Below, in pieces: positions 18,694-30,834 of a stretch of 64,000 nucleotides of DNA. Below the pieces are notes generated by a model. The model saw only the letters and a list, made by a program, of their open reading frames with translations, searched no databases and was not told where the DNA came from. The position numbers were made by a program, and so were the translations under genes. Within the stretch, counting starts at the first letter, position 1. Every line of letters begins with the position of its first letter. This stretch comes from Pseudomonadota bacterium (lineage in GTDB: Bacteria; Pseudomonadota; Alphaproteobacteria; Kiloniellales; JACOMY01): the NCBI GenBank assembly GCA_029781795.1, contig JAKOWB010000072.1:68331-132330 (forward strand), written 5' to 3'.

Positions 18694-19389
18694 CTAGGGC
18701 ACCAGCCGGTAGCCGCCGGGCTCGGTCACCAGGAGCTGCGGCTTGGTCGGCTCCTTCTCGATCTTCTGCCGCAGGCGATAGATGTGCGTCTCCAGCGTGT
18801 GCGTGGTGACGCCCGCGTTGTAGCCCCAGACCTCGCCCAGCAGCGTGTCGCGGCCGACCGCGCGCTCGCCGGCGCGATAGAGGTACTTCAGGATCGCCGT
18901 CTCCTTCTCGGTCAGGCGCAGCTTCTTCTGCGTCTCCTTGTGCACCAGCATCTTGGCCGCCGGGCGGAAGGCATAGGGGCCGATGGCGAAGGTGGCGTCC
19001 TCGCTCTGCTCGTGCTGGCGGAGCTGCGCGCGCAGGCGCGCCAGCAGCACGCCGAGGCGGAAGGGCTTGGCGATGTAGTCGTTGGCGCCGGCATCCAGCC
19101 CCAGAATCTGGTCGGCGTCGCCGACCGAGGCGGTCAGCATGATGATGGGGCACTTCACCCCGGCACGGCGCAGCAGGCGGCAGACCTCGCGCCCGTCGAA
19201 GTCGGGCAGGCCGACGTCGAGCACGATGGCATCGAAGGTCTCGGACTTGGCACGCTCCAGCGCCGCCTGGCCGCTGCCGGCCTCGACCGCCTGGAACTCC
19301 TCGTGCAGACGGAGCTGTTCGGCGAGCGCCTGGCGCAGCGCCTCGTCGTCGTCGACCAACAGGATCTTCTTGCCGGCGAGCGTCGCCAT
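18694..19389 (-). CDS. OmpR/PhoB-family response regulator (receiver plus winged-helix)
   Basis: Receiver domain KKILLVDDDEALR...D...K, and a C-terminal trans_reg_C region (LTEKETAILKYL...GYRL). Confidence 0.85.
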   Translation of the reverse strand: MATLAGKKILLVDDDEALRQALAEQLRLHEEFQAVEAGSGQAALERAKSETFDAIVLDVGLPDFDGREVCRLLRRAGVKCPIIMLTASVGDADQILGLDAGANDYIAKPFRLGVLLARLRAQLRQHEQSEDATFAIGPYAFRPAAKMLVHKETQKKLRLTEKETAILKYLYRAGERAVGRDTLLGEVWGYNAGVTTHTLETHIYRLRQKIEKEPTKPQLLVTEPGGYRLVP

Positions 19390-19404
19390 GATGCGGGTTC
19401 CTTC

Positions 19405-20286
19405 CTATCCGCGCAGCAGCGCGACGGTGGCCTTGTGCAGCGCATGGTCGCGTTCGGCCAGCGCATCGGCCGCGTTGAAGTGGTCGCGACCCTCCAGCGC
19501 GACCACCTCGACCGGCAGATCGAGGGCGCGCCACTGCGCCACCAACGCGTCCTGCTGGCGCAGGAACTCGGGGGTCTCGGTGCTGCCGACGGCGACCAGC
19601 AGCGGGCGGCAGCGCTGCGCCTGGCGGCGCAGCGGCGACAGGTCGCGCACCTCGCTCTCGGTGATGCGCAGCACCTGCTGATGATAGGAGAGGCTGATCG
19701 GCAGGAGGTCATAGACCCCGCTGATCGAGACGCCGGCGCGCAGCAGCGGCGCCTGCCCGCGGTCCGCGGCCCGTGCGCCCTCGCGCAGCAGCGCCAGGGT
19801 TGCCAGGTGGCCGCCGGCGGAGTGGCCGGCGACGACGATGCGCGTGCGGTCGCAGCCGAGTTCGGCGGCGTGCTGGCCGATCCAGGCCAGGGCGCGGTCG
19901 ATCTGTTCGACCATCACGGCGATCGAGACCTTGGGCGCCAGGTCGTAGTTCACCGAGGCCACGGCGATGCCCGCTTCGACGAAGGGCGGGGCCAGGTAGC
20001 TGAAGTCGCCCTTGTCCAGCGCCTGCCAGTAGCCGCCATGGATGAAGACCAGCAGCGGCGCGGGCCCGGGGGTGGTACCGCCGGCGGGGAAGAAATCCAG
20101 CGTCTCGCCCGCCGAGGGGCCGTAGGCCAGGTCCAGGCGGCGCGGGATCTGCGCGCGCGCCAGCGCCGAGGCGCTGGCCCAGCGGGCGAAAACCTCCGGG
20201 TGATGCGGCCAACGCGCGCGCAGGTTCACCTGCGCGTCGAGCCCCGCCTGGTCGAGGCCCTGCCAGAGCTTGCCAGCCTCCGCCAT
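19405..20286 (-). CDS. Alpha/beta hydrolase, arylformamidase/esterase-like
   Basis: HGGYW and GHSAGG motifs. Internal ATG chosen at 20286. Sits 15 nt upstream of the response regulator on the same strand. Confidence 0.7.
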   Translation of the reverse strand: MAEAGKLWQGLDQAGLDAQVNLRARWPHHPEVFARWASASALARAQIPRRLDLAYGPSAGETLDFFPAGGTTPGPAPLLVFIHGGYWQALDKGDFSYLAPPFVEAGIAVASVNYDLAPKVSIAVMVEQIDRALAWIGQHAAELGCDRTRIVVAGHSAGGHLATLALLREGARAADRGQAPLLRAGVSISGVYDLLPISLSYHQQVLRITESEVRDLSPLRRQAQRCRPLLVAVGSTETPEFLRQQDALVAQWRALDLPVEVVALEGRDHFNAADALAERDHALHKATVALLRG

Positions 20287-20496
20287 CCGCCGTTCCTTTC
20301 TGTCCGGGCCGCCCGACACCCTCGCATATCTGGGGCGCCACGGCTTTTCTTGCAGCGTCGCCGCCCCTAGATGCAGGCTTGAGGTGGCGTGCGACCTGCC
20401 CCGTCGCCTTGACGGGACGGGGCAAAGCTGCCACTACCCGGCGGCGCCCGTAAAGGGGGCCGCCGTCGGCCATCCAGGGACGCCCTTTCCACCAGC

Positions 20497-21630
20497 ATGA
20501 GCGACGCGCTGCCCTATCCCTCCTCAGTCGGCCACGCCCTTGCCGACGATGCCGTGCTGACCACCGTGGCCCGCGCCCTGGCGGAACTGCGCCGTGGCGC
20601 GCTGGTGCTGCTGCGCAGCGGCGACAAGGCCGCGTTGGTGCAGTCGGCGGAGGCGGCGCGCGAAGGTGGCCTGATGGCGCTGCGTCGCCTCTCCGCCGGC
20701 GAACCCGTGCTGCTGCTCACCGCGCGCCGCGCCACCGCGCTGGGCCTGCCGACCACCGGCCAGGAGGTCGTGGCGCTGAAGCTGCTCGACCGCTCGCTTG
20801 AGCGGGTGCTGGAGCTGGCCGACCCGACCACCACGAATGCCCGCCCCCTGGCCCGCCCGGAGCGCGGCGAGGCGCCGCAGCGTCTGGCCCAGGCGGCGAT
20901 CGACCTGGCCAAGCTGGCACGCCTGCTGCCGGCCGCGCTGCTGGTGCCCTTGCCGGCAGCCAGGGCCGAAGCCGCGGCGGCGGACGGGGATCTGCTCAGC
21001 GTTACCGTCGAGGCCGTCGCCGAGTACCGCTATGCCGGCGCGCGCAGCCTGGCGGAGGTCGCGGTGGCGCGCGTCCCGCTGGCCGGCGCCGAGGAGACCG
21101 AGGTGCATGCCTTCCGTCCCGGCGATGGTGGCATCGAGCATCTGGCGATCGTCATCGGCCATCCCGATCCGGCGCTGCCGGTGCTGACGCGCCTGCACTC
21201 CGAGTGCTTCACCGGCGACCTGCTGGGATCGCTGCGCTGCGACTGCGGCGACCAGCTGCGCGGCGCGATCGAGGCCATCGCCCAGGCCGGCAGCGGCGTG
21301 CTGCTCTACCTGGCGCAGGAGGGACGCGGCATCGGCCTGGTGAACAAGCTGCGGGCCTATGCCCTGCAGGACCGCGGCGCCGACACGGCGGAGGCCAACC
21401 TGCAGCTCGGCTTCGATGCCGACGAGCGCATCTACCTGCCGGCGGCGGAGATGCTGCGCCGCCTCGGCGTGCGCCGCGTGCGCCTGCTGACCAACAACCC
21501 CGAGAAGGTTGCCGGGCTCGAGCGCTGCGGCCTGAAGGTGGTGGAACGCGTGCCGCACGCCTTCCCGGCGAACGAGCACAACCGCCCCTATCTTGCCGCC
21601 AAGGCCAAGCGATTCGGCCACCTTTTCTAG
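20497..21630 (+). CDS. ribA: GTP cyclohydrolase II (RibA) with a ~170-aa N-terminal extension (degenerate DHBP-synthase-like?)
   Basis: C-terminal half carries HSECFTGDLLGSLRCDCGDQL, the RibA zinc/GTP motif. The N-terminal half lacks RibB catalytic motifs. Confidence 0.8.
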   Translation: MSDALPYPSSVGHALADDAVLTTVARALAELRRGALVLLRSGDKAALVQSAEAAREGGLMALRRLSAGEPVLLLTARRATALGLPTTGQEVVALKLLDRSLERVLELADPTTTNARPLARPERGEAPQRLAQAAIDLAKLARLLPAALLVPLPAARAEAAAADGDLLSVTVEAVAEYRYAGARSLAEVAVARVPLAGAEETEVHAFRPGDGGIEHLAIVIGHPDPALPVLTRLHSECFTGDLLGSLRCDCGDQLRGAIEAIAQAGSGVLLYLAQEGRGIGLVNKLRAYALQDRGADTAEANLQLGFDADERIYLPAAEMLRRLGVRRVRLLTNNPEKVAGLERCGLKVVERVPHAFPANEHNRPYLAAKAKRFGHLF

Positions 21631-21703
21631 GCAGATCACCTGCGACGGCTTGGCCGCACGTGATGCCTTCCGTCCACTTGATTACCGAGATATAGGGATT
21701 CTC

Positions 21704-22216
21704 ATGGATCTCTTCGTGTCGCGGCGGCAAGGCAAGTGGCAGGGGCGCTATGGCGCCCGCCTGTTCCCCTGTTCGGTCGGCAGGAACGGCCTGGCGCGCA
21801 ACAAGCGCGAAGGCGATGGGACCACGCCGATCGGCTGCTTCACCATGCGCTACCTGCTGTTCCGGCCCGACCGGCTGGACGCGCCGCAGACCGCCGGGCT
21901 GCCGGTGCGCGCCCTGGCGCCGCAGCATGCCTGGTGCGACGACCCGGCCGACCCGCACTACAACCAGCCGGTCAACTTGCCCTTCGCCGCCAGCCATGAG
22001 GTGATGTGGCGCGAGGACGGGCTCTACGACCTGGTCGTGGTGCTGGGCTACAACGACGATCCCGTGCTGCCGGACCGTGGCAGCGCCATCTTCCTGCACA
22101 TCGGGCACGACGACCTCGCGCCGACCGAGGGCTGCGTCGCCATGCGCCGTGCCGACCTGCTGCAGATCCTCAGCAGCGCCACGGCCCGCGCCCGGGTCTG
22201 CGTGCTCGCCGACTAG
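21704..22216 (+). CDS. L,D-transpeptidase family protein (YkuD-like)
   Basis: FLHIGH...TEGCVAM is the catalytic His/Cys signature. Internal ATG at 21704. Confidence 0.7.
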   Translation: MDLFVSRRQGKWQGRYGARLFPCSVGRNGLARNKREGDGTTPIGCFTMRYLLFRPDRLDAPQTAGLPVRALAPQHAWCDDPADPHYNQPVNLPFAASHEVMWREDGLYDLVVVLGYNDDPVLPDRGSAIFLHIGHDDLAPTEGCVAMRRADLLQILSSATARARVCVLAD

Positions 22217-22275
22217 CGGGCGTGCTTGCCGCCACCCGCGGCGACCGCTAGGACTGCCGCCGGAGGGCCGCCACC

Positions 22276-22935
22276 ATGAGCTTCGAGAAGACCCAGGCGC
22301 TGACGCTGTTCCCCACCTTCGTGTGGACGCACGACCTGCCGGCCGCGCAGGCACAGGCGCTGAACCAGCACCTCGAGGCCGCGGTGCTGAAGCTGATCGA
22401 GCCGCGCCCCGCGATCCCGCCCGGCGGCATGTGGCAGACCCATCAGGACCTGCATGAGCGCCCCGAGTTCCGGCCGCTGGTGCAGCTCATCACCCAGTCG
22501 AGCAACGGCGTGCTGGACTATCTGCAGATCGACCATGCCGGCTTCGAGATCACCGGCTGCTGGGCCAACGTGACGCCGAGCGGCTCGTCGCACGTCTCGC
22601 ACACGCATCCCAACAACTACCTGTCCGGCGTCTACTACGTGAAAACCGGGCCCGGCGCGGACGCCATCCGCTTCGTCGATCCACGGCTGCAGACGCGGCA
22701 GATCTCGCCCCGGGTGAAGCAGCATGGGCCCACCAACTCGGACCACGCGCTGGTCACCTGCCCGGCCGGCCGCCTGGTGCTCTTTCCCGCCTGGCTGCAG
22801 CACGCCGTGCCGCCGAACAGCAGCGGACACGAGCGCATCTCCATCGCCTTCAACGTGATGTTCAGCGACTTCACGCGCCAGATGGCGCGGCCGAAGTGGG
22901 ACGGCATCAAGACGCCGGGCAGCGGCGCCAGCTGA
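22276..22935 (+). CDS. Putative 2OG-Fe(II) oxygenase (TIGR02466/PF13759-like)
   Basis: HTHPNN...H spacing is consistent with a 2-His-1-carboxylate facial triad. 219-aa ORF. Confidence 0.6.
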   Translation: MSFEKTQALTLFPTFVWTHDLPAAQAQALNQHLEAAVLKLIEPRPAIPPGGMWQTHQDLHERPEFRPLVQLITQSSNGVLDYLQIDHAGFEITGCWANVTPSGSSHVSHTHPNNYLSGVYYVKTGPGADAIRFVDPRLQTRQISPRVKQHGPTNSDHALVTCPAGRLVLFPAWLQHAVPPNSSGHERISIAFNVMFSDFTRQMARPKWDGIKTPGSGAS

Positions 22936-22939
22936 GCCT

Positions 22940-23626
22940 TCAGGCGCGCGGCGGCGCTGGCCGCGCGCCGAACAGGGCGCTGCCGACGCGCACGCAAGTG
23001 GCGCCCAGCGTCACGGCCGTCTCGTAGTCCCCGCTCATGCCCATCGAAACCTCGGCGAGTCCATGGCGTCGCGCCAGCTCGGCCAGAAGCTGGAAGTGCG
23101 GCGCCGCCGGCTCATCCAGCGGCGGAATGCACATGAGGCCGACGACGGGCAGGTCCAGATCGCGTGCCAGGGACAGCAGCGCGTCGAGGTCGGCTGGGGC
23201 CACGCCAGCCTTCTGCGGTTCGGCGCCGGTGTTGACTTCGACGAGAAGGCGCGGCCGCCGCCCGGTCTTGGCCATGGCCTTGGCCAGCGCCTGCGCCAGC
23301 TTGGGGCGGTCCAGCGTCTGGATCACGTCGAACAGCGCGACGGCGGCCTCGGCCTTGTTGGTCTGCAGCGGCCCGATGAGATGCAGCTCGAGGTCGGAAA
23401 AGGCCGCCTTCAGCGCCGGATACTTGCCCTGCGCCTCCTGGACCCGGTTCTCGCCGAAGACGCGCTGCCCGGTGGCGAGCGCCGCCCTGACCGCGTCTGC
23501 CGGATGAGTCTTGGCAACGGCGACGAGCGTCACGGCCGCCGGGTCGCGCCCGGCCTGCCGCGCCGCCGCGGCGATGCGCTGGCGCACCTCGGCGAAGCGC
23601 TCTGCGATGCTGCTGTCCTTGCTCAT
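22940..23626 (-). CDS. yggS: YggS-family pyridoxal-phosphate homeostasis protein (PLPBP)
   Basis: LVAVAKTHP (PLP lysine), GENRVQE and HLIGPLQTNK motifs. Confidence 0.85.
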   Translation of the reverse strand: MSKDSSIAERFAEVRQRIAAAARQAGRDPAAVTLVAVAKTHPADAVRAALATGQRVFGENRVQEAQGKYPALKAAFSDLELHLIGPLQTNKAEAAVALFDVIQTLDRPKLAQALAKAMAKTGRRPRLLVEVNTGAEPQKAGVAPADLDALLSLARDLDLPVVGLMCIPPLDEPAAPHFQLLAELARRHGLAEVSMGMSGDYETAVTLGATCVRVGSALFGARPAPPRA

Positions 23627-23721
23627 GGCCTGCTCATGCCAGACGGGGCGCGCAGCGGCAAAGGCAAAAGCCGCAGGTCAGCGTGGCAAGGCGCGCCGCC
23701 GCGGGCCAGCTGGCGCAAAAG

Positions 23722-23750
23722 AAAACGGGGGGTGCTTTCGCACCCCCCGT
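23722..23750 (-). terminator. Intrinsic terminator downstream of the porin gene
   Basis: Minus-strand hairpin GGGGGGTGC-GAAA-GCACCCCCC followed by a T-run (GTTTTCTTTT). Confidence 0.7.
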
Positions 23751-23779
23751 CGCCTTGAAACCCGTGCTTGCGCGCGGGA

Positions 23780-24901
23780 TCAGAAGCTGAAGGTCAGACC
23801 CACAGCGCCGACAACACCAGACGTGGTGGTGCCAGCCTCGGGGTTCCACTCGGCCCACATGACACCGCCGCGCGCGGAGATGCCGGGACCGACCTGATAG
23901 GACACGCCGCCTTCGATGGCGGAGAGGCCCTGCTCGCCCGGATCGGCGAAGAGGCCCTCGGTCTTGCCTTCGAACCAGGTCACGCCAACGGCCCAGGGGC
24001 CCCAGGCGTAGCTGACGCCCACGTCGAAAGCGTCACCCTCGGTCGAACCGCCGGCGATCGCCTTGCCGTCCAGCTCGTTGGCGTAGGAGCCACCGACCGT
24101 GAAGCCGGCGTAGCTCAGGTTGGCGCCGAACGAGATGGCCTGGTAGTCGTCGTAGCCGGCCGCGTCGAGCGCGTCCGACACCGTCGCACGACGGTAGCCG
24201 GCCGAGATCGCCACGCCGAAGCCGTTGAAGTCCTCGACGAAGTTCGCACCGACGCCGAAGCCGTTGTAGTACTCGGTGTTGGTGTCGGCCTCGACCGGGA
24301 AGTTCTTGCCGTCGCCGTTGCCCACGACCGACGGAGCGTAGGTCACGCCGATCTGGAAGCCAGCGAAGCGCGGGGTGTAGTAGGTGATGACGTTTTCGTC
24401 GTTGCCGAAGTCGAGGTAGGTCGAACCGGTCGGCGAACGGAAGATGCCCGACATGCCAGTCGGGGTCGGGACGAACACGGTCACCCAGCCGGAGTTGATC
24501 GGCAGACCGACGCTCGGGGCGGCGTAGTGCATGATGTAGGCAGCCGAGTTCTCGGAGCCCGCAACGATGCGGCCGAAGTCGCCCTTCACCTCGATGTACT
24601 TCTCGTCGATCGTGTCACCGGTGTTGGCGGTGCCGAAGTCTTCGAGCTGGACGTTCACGCCAAAGGTGATGCCGTTGTCGTGCTTGTACTCACCCTTGAA
24701 GTGAATTTCGCCGTCGGAGAACAGGCCCGTCGAATTGTAGTCGTCGGACTTGGCAGCGCTGCCCTCGTCGATGCCACCCACCGAGAAGTAGGTGTTCATG
24801 TAGCCGCCAATGCCCATGGAGATCCCATCGGCAGCGGCCGAGCCGGCACCGAGGACGCCAGCGGCGACCAGGGCCGTCGTACCATAGAGGACCTTCTTCA
24901 T
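23780..24901 (-). CDS. Outer-membrane porin (Gram-negative general porin family)
   Basis: Signal peptide MKKVLYGTTALVAAGVLGAGSAAA, alternating beta-strand pattern, C-terminal Phe (LTFSF). An intrinsic terminator lies downstream and a long 5' UTR upstream. Confidence 0.8.
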   Translation of the reverse strand: MKKVLYGTTALVAAGVLGAGSAAADGISMGIGGYMNTYFSVGGIDEGSAAKSDDYNSTGLFSDGEIHFKGEYKHDNGITFGVNVQLEDFGTANTGDTIDEKYIEVKGDFGRIVAGSENSAAYIMHYAAPSVGLPINSGWVTVFVPTPTGMSGIFRSPTGSTYLDFGNDENVITYYTPRFAGFQIGVTYAPSVVGNGDGKNFPVEADTNTEYYNGFGVGANFVEDFNGFGVAISAGYRRATVSDALDAAGYDDYQAISFGANLSYAGFTVGGSYANELDGKAIAGGSTEGDAFDVGVSYAWGPWAVGVTWFEGKTEGLFADPGEQGLSAIEGGVSYQVGPGISARGGVMWAEWNPEAGTTTSGVVGAVGLTFSF

Positions 24902-25177
24902 TGCCTCTTCCTCTCTCTTAGATCCAAGGTTTCCGATCGCTTGAGCTCAAGGGCCCGCTCGACGCTGCACATTAGATCCTCTGGGATCCCCCCGCAGCAC
25001 CGGGCGAGCCGGTTCTATCCGCCCCCCGACGGCGAACCGCGGAAAGCTGCAATATATGGCCCGAAGGCTGGCGGCGGCGTCAACTAAGCGGTCTGGAACT
25101 TGCTGGAATTATGCGGCGAAATGCAGGGTCTGTTGCATTTTTAACACAGCGCCCGGACCGCCTCCGGCAGAGCCGTC

Positions 25178-26029
25178 TCAAAGCGTGAACTGGCCGTCCG
25201 GCGTCAGGTAGCCCATGGCGATCAGGGTGGGGCGGTGCGCCTCGACCAGGCGGTTCACCTGGGCCTCGGTGAGGACTTCGCGCCACTGGCCGCTGCGGCC
25301 GTCGCGGAAGAATGGGGTCTTGCCGTCGGGCCGGCTCTCGACGAAGCGCGTCGCCTTCTCCTGCTTCTTCAACTCGTCGAAGTCGCTGAAGCGAATGGCC
25401 CGCTTGAGGCGGTCCATCTCCTTGGGCAGGCCGAGGAACTCGATCAGCGCGCCGAACGCCTTGAGCGGCGCCAGCTTCATGTCCTCGTAGCGCATCAGGT
25501 GACGGGTCAGGCCCGGCGCCTCGGTCCAGGAGCGCACATGCCGGCTCCAGGAGCCGAGGTACTGTTCGATCTGGCCGGACTGCGCGGGCAGGAAGTACTG
25601 CTCCTCGCACAGCGATTCGACGGCGACGTCGAGCGTCACCTGATAGTGGTGGGCGAAGGAAATGGTTACGTCGAAGGGGTTGCGCACGACATAGATGGCG
25701 CCGGCCGTCGCTTCCGGCGTCACCAGCGGCACGCCGTCGATGCGGGCGATCACGCTGTGCGTCTTCACGAACACGTCCTGGCCGCGCGAGACCGCCATCC
25801 ACTTGTGCACCTGGGGGCGGAGCTGGGCGATCTTCTCGCGCGTCAGCTCCTCGGGCTTCAGGCCGCTGTACTGCTGGTAGTGGACGGCCATGTTGTCGCC
25901 CAGGATGTGGAACGGCAGGTCGTTGATCGGCAACGGCCGCTGGGCGTTCTGCAGATAATTGGCGAGGAAGGCGCGCAGCCAAGTGTTGCCCGATTTCGGG
26001 TACGAGGCCAACCAGATGATTCCCGGCAT
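25178..26029 (-). CDS. Sulfotransferase domain protein
   Basis: N-terminal ASYPKSGNTWLRAF is the canonical PAPS 5'-PSB motif, and RNPFD is 3'-PB-like. Confidence 0.75.
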   Translation of the reverse strand: MPGIIWLASYPKSGNTWLRAFLANYLQNAQRPLPINDLPFHILGDNMAVHYQQYSGLKPEELTREKIAQLRPQVHKWMAVSRGQDVFVKTHSVIARIDGVPLVTPEATAGAIYVVRNPFDVTISFAHHYQVTLDVAVESLCEEQYFLPAQSGQIEQYLGSWSRHVRSWTEAPGLTRHLMRYEDMKLAPLKAFGALIEFLGLPKEMDRLKRAIRFSDFDELKKQEKATRFVESRPDGKTPFFRDGRSGQWREVLTEAQVNRLVEAHRPTLIAMGYLTPDGQFTL

Positions 26030-26248
26030 TCGCTAGACCGCTCGGCTCCCCGGACCCAGGCTTCGCTGCACGCGTGAGGGGTTCTAGCGGCTGGGCCGCT
26101 GGGCTGGCAAGTCCGCCGGCCTGGGCTCGGAGGTCAGGAGGGCGGGCCGCTTGCCGCTCCGGCGGCGCTTCGCCATACTCCGCGCCCTTCGCGCGCCGGC
26201 CTTGGAGGCCAGCCACCACGCAGCCAGGAAAAGCCGTCACGAGGGGTC

Positions 26249-27382
26249 ATGGCCGACGCCATCCAGGAACGTCACCGGGTCGAGCTGAACCAGGCCTTCT
26301 TCCATGCCCGCAAGCTGCAGAGCGAGGGGCAGCTGGACGAGGCCACGCGCATCTATGAGCAGATCCTGCTGCGTTTCCCGCGCCACGCGGAATCCCTGAC
26401 GCTGCTGGCTTCGACCTGCTACCAGCGTGGCGACGACGTCCAGGGCGAGGCCTACATGGAGCGCGCCGTCGAGGTGCTGCGCCTGATCCTGGCCGACCAG
26501 CCCAGCTCCTACGGCGCGCAGGCGCTGCTGGCCAATCTGCTGCTGGCCCGCGGTCAGCGGGCCGAGGCCGAACGCATCTGCGCCAGCCTGCAGCTGCAGC
26601 TGAACCCGATCCGCGCGACGCCGCAGGAATTCGTGCAGCGCCGCCAGGCGGCGACCCTGGCCGGCCTGCCGCCGATGCTGATCAACACGCTGCCCAAGTC
26701 GGCCAGCGAGTCGATCTGGAACCGCCTGGCGCAGGGCCTGAACATGGCGCAGGCGCATGTCTCCATCGGGCTCTTCCCGGACTGCTGCGTGGTCGGCTCG
26801 CGGGCGCTGGCGCTGGGGCAGGGCGGCCTGATCATGAAGGAGCACCTGCCGGCGACGCCGCACAACCTCGCCACGCTGGCCAATGCCGGCGTGCGGAAAG
26901 TCGTGTTCCATGTCCGCGATCCGCGGCAGGCGACGCTGTCCTGGGCCCACTTCGTCCGCGACGACGTGTCGATGCGGCTGATGGCGCCGGTCTGGCGCCG
27001 CATCGTGCCGTCCCGCAGCGTCCTGCAGCAGGACCTGCCGGCGGCGATCGACTGGTCGATCGAGCGCTACCTGCCGCTGCTGCTCGGCGTCGTCGACGGC
27101 TGGCTGGAGGTCGAGCGCACCCGCCCGCATGGCATGCAGGTGCTGTTCATGGACTTCGAGACCTACCGCCGCGACGAGCAGGACTACCTCGACCAGGTGC
27201 TGGCCTTCTATGGCATCGCCAAGGAGAAATGGCAGGCCGGGCGCAGCGAGGCGGCCGAGGTGGTGCACCTGCGCAAGGGCGAGATCGACGAGTGGCGGCG
27301 GGTCTTCTCGCCGGCCCAGGCGCAGGCGGCGGCGGCCAGGCTGCCGGACGCCATGGTCGAGCGTTTCGGCTGGACGCGCTGA
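26249..27382 (+). CDS. TPR-repeat N-terminus fused to a sulfotransferase-family-like C-terminal domain (possibly degenerate PSB motif TLPKSAS)
   Basis: TPR-like helices span residues 1-110. The LINTLPKSASESIWNRL segment is positioned as a sulfotransferase P-loop analogue. Confidence 0.55.
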   Translation: MADAIQERHRVELNQAFFHARKLQSEGQLDEATRIYEQILLRFPRHAESLTLLASTCYQRGDDVQGEAYMERAVEVLRLILADQPSSYGAQALLANLLLARGQRAEAERICASLQLQLNPIRATPQEFVQRRQAATLAGLPPMLINTLPKSASESIWNRLAQGLNMAQAHVSIGLFPDCCVVGSRALALGQGGLIMKEHLPATPHNLATLANAGVRKVVFHVRDPRQATLSWAHFVRDDVSMRLMAPVWRRIVPSRSVLQQDLPAAIDWSIERYLPLLLGVVDGWLEVERTRPHGMQVLFMDFETYRRDEQDYLDQVLAFYGIAKEKWQAGRSEAAEVVHLRKGEIDEWRRVFSPAQAQAAAARLPDAMVERFGWTR

Positions 27383-27596
27383 GGCCCATCAAGGCCGCCG
27401 GGCAAATTCCCGGGCGCGGCTTGATGTCCCGCCCCGGCCGCCGGGGGCAGACTGCGGGGTGAAGCCCTTTAACGGCGCCGGCCTTTTGGCTAAGGTGGCG
27501 CCGCCTGAACTCCCGGGCCGCGCCTGCATGGCCGGCCGGCGGGCAGGACCCCCGGACGGGCGGGGAGGGGGGTCAGGGCTTTTGAAAGGAGCCGGT

Positions 27597-28154
27597 ATGG
27601 TGCGTGAGTTCAAGCAGCCGCGCGGCGTTCTCCGCCTGGTTGGCGCGGTGCTGCTCTTCGGTGTGACCGCCTGCAGCGGCTACTACGGCAACGACAAGAC
27701 GGCCTACCCCGACGACGACAACCGCAAGCAGACCGGCGACAGCTACAAGCAGCCGGAATCGATCCTGGGCCCGGGTGGCCTGGACATCTTCAACACCGGC
27801 GGCGACGAGGCCTCGGCCGGCGCGCCCGACGGCGGCGGCATCGGCGTCAATACCTATCTCTGGCGCGCCACGCTGGACACCGTGGCCTTCATGCCGCTGG
27901 CCTCGGCCGATCCCTTCGGCGGCGTCATCATCACCGACTGGTACGCGCCGCCGCAGACGCCGGACGAGCGTTTCAAGGTCAACGTGCTGATCCTGTCGCG
28001 CGACCTGCGCGCCGATGGGGTGCGCGCGACCGTGTTCAAGCAGAAGCGGATCGAAGGGCAGTGGATCGACCAGCCGGTCGACAAGGCCACGGCGATCCAG
28101 CTCGAGAACGCCATCCTGACCCGCGCGCGCGAGCTTCGCATCGCGTCGCTCTGA
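27597..28154 (+). CDS. DUF3576-type lipoprotein
   Basis: ATG at 27597 follows AAAGGAG. Signal peptide plus lipobox (LFGVTAC). Conserved position immediately upstream of leuS in alphaproteobacteria. Confidence 0.7.
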   Translation: MVREFKQPRGVLRLVGAVLLFGVTACSGYYGNDKTAYPDDDNRKQTGDSYKQPESILGPGGLDIFNTGGDEASAGAPDGGGIGVNTYLWRATLDTVAFMPLASADPFGGVIITDWYAPPQTPDERFKVNVLILSRDLRADGVRATVFKQKRIEGQWIDQPVDKATAIQLENAILTRARELRIASL

Positions 28155-28254
28155 CGCCACGCCGCGGCAGCAGGTCTCCTACCAGCGGCCGGCCCCGGCG
28201 AGACCCGGGCGCCGGCCGCCGTCGTGAAGAACAGCAGCAGGTTCGAGGTTCGCG

Positions 28255-30820
<2,566 letters not shown>

Positions 30821-30834
<14 letters not shown>

